A stretch of DNA of 63,912 nt, the filler included, from Licmophora abbreviata (Eukaryota): NCBI GenBank assembly GCA_900291995.1. It is 11 parts of 11 records of this genome, joined end to end, with 100 filler letters (N's around TTAATTAATTAA, not from the genome) between each part and the next. Parts side by side here need not be neighbours in the genome. Positions count along the whole stretch, not along the records: positions 50,495 to 58,687 come from OLMU01001956.1; positions 58,788 to 62,416 come from OLMU01001957.1; positions 62,517 to 63,912 come from OLMU01001973.1; 8 more parts are not named here. The stretch is one strand, 5' to 3'. This document shows positions 56,194 to 63,912 of the stretch, piece after piece. The notes under the pieces were generated by a model. It saw only the letters and a list, made by a program, of their open reading frames with translations, did not search any database and was not told the DNA's origin. A program made the position numbers and the translations under genes. Each line of letters opens with the position of its first letter. Within the stretch, counting starts at the first letter, position 1.

Positions 56194-57087
56194 ATGTTGT
56201 CCACCTTCGGCCGCCGTGTCCTTTTGAAGAAAGCGCTCGACACCAATGCCGTCGCTCGTCAGATCCGCCTTTCGTCTTCGTTGACTCCTCCTCCGACCAA
56301 AAAGCCGGAACGACGAGAGCTTCACGGTACTCCTCGCCGTGAAGCCGACGCGGCCGAGGCTGCTGCTCCTGTCGTCGAGACTGCTAAGACGAGTTCCATC
56401 GCTGATCGCTTCATCATTTCTGCGGAAGTCACTGTCAGCAAGATCTTCCCCGCTGGCTTTGGCTGGCAGACGTCCAGCATCATTGCCGAGAACCAGCTTG
56501 GCTACGCCGCGGACAGTATGGCATTTGCCCTGACTACAGGTGTCGGGGATGCCATCGGTGTCCTCTTAGGTCATGTTGCCTTCTATGGAGCCAAGAAGGC
56601 GACCGTGAAAAGCAGCATCAACATGACGAAGGAACTTCACACTGGAATTCTTCTCGGCAGCGCTGCCTTTTGCAGTGGAACTGCCTGGCAACCACTCGTT
56701 GATGCGTTGCAAGGCGCCAACTTGAGTTTTGCACAAGTCTTTACCGGAACCTGGATTGGGTGTGGAACAGCCTTTTACGTCGGTCTGCGTGCGGGCCGCA
56801 CCATCCTCGGCGGATACCTCGAGCACATTGAAGAGCCCACATTTGAGAACAACCTCAATGACAAGTCTCTGTCTGTTGCCATCGGGGGTGCAACAGGTTT
56901 CTTTGTGGGTACCGATGCTGCCTACCTACCCGATCAGAACTTTCTGATTGATATTGTCGGAATCAAGGATGGCACTCCGGACCTTGTCGGGTGCGCCATT
57001 GCCGGCACCTCCACTTCCTTGGGCTTCGTTGCGGCCCAGTCAGCTCTTAACGTTGTCTACCCCAAGGGCAAGTGCTGGAACGATTAA
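56194..57087 (+). CDS. Uncharacterised Gly/Ala-rich membrane protein with mitochondrial-type presequence
   Basis: MLSTFGRRVLLKK..RQIRLSS presequence; several Gly-rich hydrophobic helices (VSKIFPAGFGWQ, FALTTGVGD, FCSGTAWQP, GGATGFFVGTD). Confidence 0.7.
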   Translation: MLSTFGRRVLLKKALDTNAVARQIRLSSSLTPPPTKKPERRELHGTPRREADAAEAAAPVVETAKTSSIADRFIISAEVTVSKIFPAGFGWQTSSIIAENQLGYAADSMAFALTTGVGDAIGVLLGHVAFYGAKKATVKSSINMTKELHTGILLGSAAFCSGTAWQPLVDALQGANLSFAQVFTGTWIGCGTAFYVGLRAGRTILGGYLEHIEEPTFENNLNDKSLSVAIGGATGFFVGTDAAYLPDQNFLIDIVGIKDGTPDLVGCAIAGTSTSLGFVAAQSALNVVYPKGKCWND

Positions 57088-57597
57088 GCAGTTTTGAATG
57101 AACGATTTGATATATTTGTCCTATTTTCCTTGCACCTTGGCACTTTTCAGTACACCTAGGGGGTGGACGGCACGATGCATTGCTTATTTTTTGAACACAA
57201 CATTTTGAACATTGTACACAAGGTTGTAACAAAGTTTTGATTTTCTAACTCTCTAGTTGATTAAGTTTTTGTACTTTTCTTTGCTTTGGCAGCTAAAGAA
57301 AGATATGCTCGCATCGAAGAGTCTGGGGGCCGGAGTTGAGTGATCATATGGAATATGGACACCTACCATTGAACATGACAATCATATCGTGAAATCGAAT
57401 GAATGAAACGATGAGTCGAGTCAGTCGAGTCAATCCATCAATCCCTTTCGCGCGTCTGTGAGAAAAATCGTGCCGTAGAATCTCCCGTAGAAAATACGTA
57501 TCAGGTTCTCCGTTTGAAACTCGAACGAAGCCGGCTCAGATTTCATTTTCGTCGCGAGACGAGAGGCGCGACCAAACCCAGACTGACTCGCCTTCCC

Positions 57598-58650
57598 ATG
57601 GCATCGACTTCTTGTGGCATTGCTCGGGCCACTCGGGTCCTTTGCGGCCCATATAGCCGTATGCTGGATCTTGGAGGCATGTCGGCATCGTCCACTAAGA
57701 GCGTTCGTCGCATGGATAGCAGCAAAAACTGCAAGCTTCGAGCGATAGCTTTTGATTTCGATCTGCTGACACGAGCTGTGGAGAAGCAGGAGGAAGATGT
57801 GACCTTGCGTGTAGCCAGTAAAGAAGAAAATCGTTCGTCCCCCAGCATACAACAAGATGGATCAATACGTTCGAGTATGTCGGGTGTTGTGCAGGAAATG
57901 GCGAGCCTACTAAACGTCAAACTCGGGGGCGAGAGTACACCACACAAACCCGGAGCAAAGGACGATTTGTCGGGTCTATTAGCGGACGATGGCGCCAAAA
58001 CAGAATCGCCGTTGGCTGACGCGCTGCGGTCCAGCAACCCCCTACTCTCATCTGATATTCGTGCCAAGTACGCGGCGAGGCTGAAAGACAGGGGAGGCCT
58101 GGCGGGTGTCGATCGAGCCAAGCAAGAGGTCGAGGAGACCTTGACCAAGGGAGACGCAGCAGGACACTTGGCAGCTCGTGCTATGATGTCCAAACAGAGT
58201 GCTACCGAAACCAAATGGATGGCGCTGACTGGAACAGGTCATCTCTTGAATTACCTCTCGAATCGAACCATGAAGATTGCCCTGTTGCCGATACCAATGG
58301 ACTCTCAGCCTGCCGTTGCCACGAGTCGAATGCGTGATTTTTCGAAACAGCTACCGCATGTCTCATTTGACTTGATGATAACCAATGGAAACGATGCAGC
58401 TGAGATTCTTCAGCAGGTGGAGGATGAGCTCAAGATGGGACCCCTCGTTACCATGGTCGTTTCGGACCGAGATGACTATCTACGAGCCGCCAAGGAGGCC
58501 GGAATGGTTACATGTCGGATACGGCCCAAGAATGGTCGTCGGGGCAACATATCTGCCCACTATTCCTCCGAAACTGTAGCAGGAGTCAAAGACGTGGTTG
58601 ACGAAATCAACGGTATCTCTTTTCAAGCCGTTTTTGCGGCTGGTGCCTGA
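57598..58650 (+). CDS. Divergent HAD-superfamily-like protein
   Basis: Motif I-like LRAIAFDFDLL; motif IV-like MVVSDRDDYLRAAKEAGMVT. Confidence 0.55.
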   Translation: MASTSCGIARATRVLCGPYSRMLDLGGMSASSTKSVRRMDSSKNCKLRAIAFDFDLLTRAVEKQEEDVTLRVASKEENRSSPSIQQDGSIRSSMSGVVQEMASLLNVKLGGESTPHKPGAKDDLSGLLADDGAKTESPLADALRSSNPLLSSDIRAKYAARLKDRGGLAGVDRAKQEVEETLTKGDAAGHLAARAMMSKQSATETKWMALTGTGHLLNYLSNRTMKIALLPIPMDSQPAVATSRMRDFSKQLPHVSFDLMITNGNDAAEILQQVEDELKMGPLVTMVVSDRDDYLRAAKEAGMVTCRIRPKNGRRGNISAHYSSETVAGVKDVVDEINGISFQAVFAAGA

Positions 58651-59184
58651 CCTTTGTTGCTTATTGGCTACAGCCAACACCGACCAGNNNNNNNNNNNNN
58701 NNNNNNNNNNNNNNNNNNNNNNNNNNNNNNNTTAATTAATTAANNNNNNNNNNNNNNNNNNNNNNNNNNNNNNNNNNNNNNNNNNNNGGTGCCTGACCTT
58801 GTTGCTTATTGGCTACAGCCAACACCGGCCAGACGTCGACCGAAGCTAGCTGCGCAAGTATTCATAAGGCTGAGTCAAATATACTTCTCGTCTAGTTTGC
58901 CATGAAAGGGGGCAGTGTGGGTGGGAAGAGAGCAGGGAGGTGAAGCTTTCCATCACTCTGCTGAAGAAAGTGGCTGTCATCAGTGCCTTGAGTCGAATGA
59001 GTCGAACAGGGTCATCGGACATGAAAACTTCACGACGAGATGGACGATGATGTGAACGATGAAGAATTCCGTCAGCCCCGTGTTTCACATTGAGACGTTG
59101 CATTGGAGGGAGAATCGAAAAGAGTGAGCTCCGCGGCCGTTGTGACAGGCTCCCCAGTTTGGAAGTTCGATCTCCTTTCGTATC

Positions 59185-60579
59185 ATGTCGGAGTCATCGG
59201 GAGCATCAGAGACTTCGATGGCCGCGAGCCAGCGTCGCTTGTCACAGAGCCTTCACTCGCATTACAGTTTTCAGGACGACCATCTCTCGGTGGATGGGTA
59301 CGGAGACGAAGAGGATGCTCTGATGAAAAATGAAAAATGCAGAGGATGGGATTCGATCTTGCAGGAAAGGTTGAACTGGAAGATTCTCGCCTTTGGGCAG
59401 ATCCTGAGCTTTCTGTTTGCCAGTCAAGGGGCAGCACAGTCATCGCTACATTTAGACTGTGACCTTTCCGCCCCTACGTTTACAACAGGCATCGTCTATG
59501 TCTTCCTCCTGGTGAATCTGGTCCCCTTGTATCTTTCGGGTCGTCGCATGCTCCGTTCCAAAATAGAAGGGTCTCTCATGAAGGACAGCCAACCCTCGTC
59601 TGCTGCGCCTTATTGGTTCATGAAAAGCATTCCTCTTCACGCATCCCCGTGGGCGTACTTTGGAATTGCCTTGCTGGACGTAGAAGCAAACTATACTTCA
59701 GTCATGTCATTCCAGTTCACGACACTGACATCGGCTTCTGTCTTTGACGCCATGGCTATTCCCTCCGCAATGGCGCTGTCACGGATCTTTCTAAAACGCA
59801 AGTACGTTTGGATTCACCTTCTGGGCGTTTCCATTTGTCTTGGTGGAATCGTTGCGAATGTTTTGATTGATTATGAGAGCCAAGTCAAGGGTGAGCAAGA
59901 GGTTGCGGAGGAGCAAGAGGGGGGACAGGTGAATGAGCAGGACGTTGTTGAAGCAGAAGAGTACCCACATCGCTTGCTGGGTGACATCCTTGCCATTCTG
60001 GGAGGACTTCTCTCTGGTGCACGAGATGTGCTGACTGAAAAAACAGTGCGAGAAGGACAGAGCTCAGTGGAGTATCTTGGAATGATTGGCTTGTTTGGAA
60101 TCGTGGTTTCTTTCATTCAAGTCGTTTTATTGGAGCGTCAAGACGTGGCGAACTTGTTCGCGTCATCTAGCTCGACGTGTTCTGTGCAGACAGGTGTATT
60201 CATATTGTCATCGTATGTTATGGCAAACTTATTGCGATATCTGGGAACTGCGCGCTTCTTGCTTGTGTCCGAGGCGGCGCTCTTGAATCTGTCGCTTCTG
60301 ACCGGTGATTTGTGGTCGGCTGTCTTTTCCGTTCTCGGCGAAAAGATCGTACCGCCACCACTGTTCTGGCTGGCTCTCGTTCTCATTCTGAGTGGCGTTC
60401 TTGTGTATGAGGTCGGTCCCACTCCTGTTATGAAGAGTAAGAGCCAGACATTTAATGAGGAGCGAGTTCGGGAGACCTTGGGTGGCTCTACGAGCCCAGA
60501 TTTTGAGAGCCCCGAGGGCGAGTTAGAGATACCTCAGATGTCCAGACCCCTTCATGGGAGCCTATCTAGTTCTTTATAG
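59185..60579 (+). CDS. SLC35F1/F2-like (DUF914) transporter, copy 2
   Basis: FGQILSFLFA, DVEANY..FQFTTLTS..FDAMAIP, GDILAILG, SEAALLNLSLLTGDLWS; intact ORF. Confidence 0.88.
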   Translation: MSESSGASETSMAASQRRLSQSLHSHYSFQDDHLSVDGYGDEEDALMKNEKCRGWDSILQERLNWKILAFGQILSFLFASQGAAQSSLHLDCDLSAPTFTTGIVYVFLLVNLVPLYLSGRRMLRSKIEGSLMKDSQPSSAAPYWFMKSIPLHASPWAYFGIALLDVEANYTSVMSFQFTTLTSASVFDAMAIPSAMALSRIFLKRKYVWIHLLGVSICLGGIVANVLIDYESQVKGEQEVAEEQEGGQVNEQDVVEAEEYPHRLLGDILAILGGLLSGARDVLTEKTVREGQSSVEYLGMIGLFGIVVSFIQVVLLERQDVANLFASSSSTCSVQTGVFILSSYVMANLLRYLGTARFLLVSEAALLNLSLLTGDLWSAVFSVLGEKIVPPPLFWLALVLILSGVLVYEVGPTPVMKSKSQTFNEERVRETLGGSTSPDFESPEGELEIPQMSRPLHGSLSSSL

Positions 60580-60794
60580 CAGCCCGTTTGAAGGCGCTAG
60601 GCCTCCTTTGAAGTAATAGTATGCATGGTAATGTTAGACTCTTTGTTTACGGGTTGCGGATTTGTGCCGCCCGTCGAACATTCTCATCTCTCATTTTCGG
60701 CCTTACAGACGTATACGCAATGCTGACGTCAGTCTCGTGGTTCCGATTCCAAAGAGTTGAAGTTCAGACACAGCGCCGCGTAAAGACAGGGACC

Positions 60795-62416
60795 ATGGCG
60801 ATGAGAAACGAGGCCGCTACGAGGATGGTGAGGCCATTGAGAGGGATCATCTCCTCTCTGGTACTCTTGAACTTGCTTTTCTCATCGCTAGATGCGGCCT
60901 TTTTGTCCGATTTAACTCACAGAAAGAAAAGACGGTCGAGCGGGTCGTGGACTCAGGCTCCTGCTAGTCGAATGAGAAAACTCGATCGGCCGTCCTTTCT
61001 TTGCAGCAGTAGCACTTCTTCCGACTGGAATCAAGAGGAAATCGACTCATTTCGTCAAGAGCAAACTCGAGTGGCGCTTATGGAGGCCTTGGTCGTTGGT
61101 CCCACTGGGGGAAGTGACGCTTCCAACTTGTTGCCAATTCACTTGGTAGGTCGCAGTGAACTCCCCGTGGCAAGCAGCGACCAGAACAGAAACAGCACGG
61201 TATCCTGTCTGGTGATCTCGACAGCAACACAGAAGGAATTCCCTTCAAGTGCTTGCATCATGATGCCACTTCCTGTAGCGGACGCCCAACGACGCCTCAA
61301 GTTGGTAACTTTCGCTTACCAACGCAAGCCTCTTAGCAAGAGTGTCTTGCTGGGACTCAACATGTTGCTGGTAAATCGTGATGGTGGCTTGTTTGACAAC
61401 TTGCCGTGGACTACATGGAGTGTCGATCCACAGTTGCGGAATCGAGACGCCTCCAACAATCCTGTCGACGCCAAATTTCACTTGGGAAAGAGGGATGCCT
61501 ACTACCAAATGATGGGCAAGGACTGGAAGGGGCGCAGTGCGAGCCTGGGGAATCTGGCACTCAGGCTGAAATACCAGTTGGAGCAGGGTCAAAGAGAGGA
61601 GAGCCATGCGGATCATGATACGGATGACAGTGAGTCGCTGAATGTTCTCGCACGCCGCATGCTGGAACTGCAGATTCGTGAGTTGCACATGGAATTGGCC
61701 GACTTTGAGTCACAGTTGGCGATTGCGAGGACAAACCAGCTAGAAGAGCTAAGGGAACTTGAAGCAGCGCAGCACAAGTGTCGCAACCAACTGAAGGAGG
61801 CACAGGAAGCTCTTCAGGAACTTTCGAGTGCCCCTGATGAGGTAGAGACATCCAGCGCAGTGCAATCGGCGTTGCGGAGCTTGGCCGATCGCTCCATAGG
61901 AAACAACGCAGCTCCTTACCGCGGCGCGATCGGTTATGAACCGATCTTGGATACTGCAAATGATGTCCAGTCCGCCAGTCTTCCATTCACGAGCCCGTTC
62001 GATGTCTTGCGAAGCATCATCGAAGAACAGCTTAATGCCAAAGTGATTGGCGCCGTACTGGAAAATACGAGCTTGTTGGAAGGCACGTTTGCACTCGGTG
62101 GAGCCGTGATTCTGCAACGCAAGACGAAGAAGAAGACTATTTTCGCCAATGGAGAAGAATTGTCAGTACAAGATGAAGACGAGGACTATGGAAATGTAGG
62201 AGTCAAGGGAGGAGAATGCTTTCTGGTGGAATGTACGGGCGACGAAGCAGTCGGGATGGCCCTGGCGAGCAATGCAACGCTTTCCATCGAAAGCGGCACT
62301 TGGGAGAGAGTTAATCTCGCCGCTGAAGTGACGGGTGAGCAAGAGAACACTGACGACGGCATAAATGCGCTGCCTCTGTGGGAGCCTCTGGACAAGGAAG
62401 CGACTCTGCTGGAAGA
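60795..62416 (+). CDS. Hypothetical protein with signal peptide, coiled-coil and possible divergent DUF151/bifunctional-nuclease domain; 3' end lost in gap
   Basis: Hydrophobic signal ending LDA-AF; long coiled-coil; SPFDVLRSIIEEQLNAKVIGAVLE and FLVECTGDEAVGMALASNATLSIE. Confidence 0.6.
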
Positions 62417-62516
62417 NNNNNNNNNNNNNNNNNNNNNNNNNNNNNNNNNNNNNNNNNNNNTTAATTAATTAANNNNNNNNNNNNNNNNNNNNNNNNNNNN
62501 NNNNNNNNNNNNNNNN

Positions 62517-63912
62517 CTAGTGGAGCGATGGAACTTACCGGAGAGCAGAAGCGCCGGGCCCTACAATAACTGATGTACTTGAAACAAAAACGATGTGGTC
62601 GAATCAAGGCTCGAGGATGTGCTGACGGCACTAAACAAAGGCTATGCAAGTCCAAGGAGGAAACAAGCTCACCTACGGTCAGTACTGAAGCTCTGATGAT
62701 TGACGCCTAGCAGAAAAGAAGTCTCGTTACCGTCGATATCCCGGGTGCATTTATGCAGTCAGACATGGACGAGCTGGTGCATGTGCGACTACAGGGACCC
62801 ATGGCCAAACTGTTGACCAGAATAGACCCAGAGAAGTACCGAAAATACCTGGCTCACGAAGATGGAAACCAGTGCTATCTGTGGGGCTGAAGAAGGCTCT
62901 GTACGGAACGCTACAGGAGGAAATCTTATTTTGGAAGAATCTGTCAGGCTTCCTTGTCCTTGGTTTCATCCTCAACCATTATGACTTGTGTTTGGCAAAC
63001 AAGGTCATAAATGAACAATGTACTATCATGTGGCATGTTGACGAAGCTGTCGCACGTGAAACAGTCTGTCCTCGAATGGATCGATAAGAAGCTCAACGAA
63101 AAATATGGGAAGGAGGCCCCACTGACCATGCAGCGCGGAACTAGAAAGGAATACCTTGGTATGACCATTGACTACAGTGTCCCTGGAAAAGTGAAGTACA
63201 TTATGACTGACTACCTTATCAACACCCTCAATGAGGCCCTAGACGAGATGTCAGAAGAAGTCGTGGCTGACCCCAGCAGCTGCACATTTGTTCAACATCA
63301 GCGAACACTTCGCCCCCGCGACTCCATGAGGAAAAGCAAGTGACACTGTCCACCGCCTTAGGGCGCAACTACTGTACGCTGAGAAGCGGGCGCGCCCCGA
63401 CATCCAGACAGCTGTTGCGTTCCTGTGTACCCTGGTGACATGCCCCACTGAGGATGACTGGAAGAAGTTTTCCGGATGCATCAAATACCTGCGCGGTACT
63501 CGCGAGTTGTACCTTACACTTAAGGCCAAACAAGGTATGGGCACACATGTTCATGGAAGCACAAGGTACATACACCACAATGTTTTTTTGCCCAGGATAG
63601 CCAAAGTGCCATGCCTCTGGCCCTCAATGGCCGCTCATCAGCCGGAGAGAAGTCCCGGCACTAAACATCCGACATTTCTCCATCACAGACCACATTGAAA
63701 GTGAAAAGTTAAGTATGTGCATTGCCCGACAGAATCAATGCTTGCCGACTTCTTCAGCAAACCATTGCAGGGACCTCACTCTCGAAAGTTCGGAAGTGTG
63801 ATTCTTGGGCATGTGGGTTAGTGTACTCACGAATGAGACAGTGTCCAAACGCACGGCGACCATCAAACAAGAAGTTAATCCGCTCCACCAGTCTGAGGAG
63901 TGTGTTGGAAAA
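62517..63912 (+). mobile_element. Degenerate Ty1/copia LTR retrotransposon (CoDi-like): RT and RNase H remnants, PPT and start of the 3' LTR
   Basis: IKARGCADG, SSPTVSTEA, DIPGAF, LKKALYG, WHVD, EYLGM, RARPDIQTAVAFL, CPTESMLADFFSKPLQG, broken by stops and frameshifts; AGGAG-TG followed by TGTTGG at 63903. Confidence 0.9.

Noticed and set aside
5146..62516. Ten recurrences of TTAATTAATTAA as a biological repeat or CRISPR-like array
   Set aside because: Each is centred in a fixed 100-nt N block and encodes six-frame stops; genes continue across them, so they are assembly linkers

Overview
This is a gene-dense eukaryotic nuclear scaffold, most likely from a diatom. The evidence is short GT-AG introns of about 80-100 nt, an ASAFAP-like bipartite plastid signal on pyruvate kinase, and a Ty1/copia relic resembling diatom CoDi elements. 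It holds about 33 protein-coding genes. Recognisable ones include a kinase-zinc finger-PP2C fusion, RCC1-BTB, IGHMBP2, plastid pyruvate kinase, RLP24, an S10 carboxypeptidase, an MFS transporter, a DUF924-TilS fusion, DEPDC5/IML1, a MerA-like flavoprotein, TOP6B, an EF-hand/UPF0126 (TRIC-like) membrane protein, ClpB/Hsp101, SNF5, a GT77-type transferase, two SLC35F paralogs and a syntaxin. Ten 100-nt N44-TTAATTAATTAA-N44 blocks are artificial gap linkers, and several single-base frameshifts look like homopolymer errors. No rRNA, tRNA, CRISPR array or operon-like system was seen, and I cannot support a complete new multi-gene system. The best novelty candidates are single-gene architectures: an apparently mitochondrion-targeted EF-hand TRIC/glycine-transporter-family protein, the kinase-C2H2-PP2C fusion, DUF924-TilS, a split DUF151-like protein and a Cys-pair tail on plastid pyruvate kinase. 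A tandem glycosyltransferase-like trio and a structured (ACCA)n-tailed element between twin orphan genes also merit follow-up. All family calls come from motif recognition by eye, not database searches.
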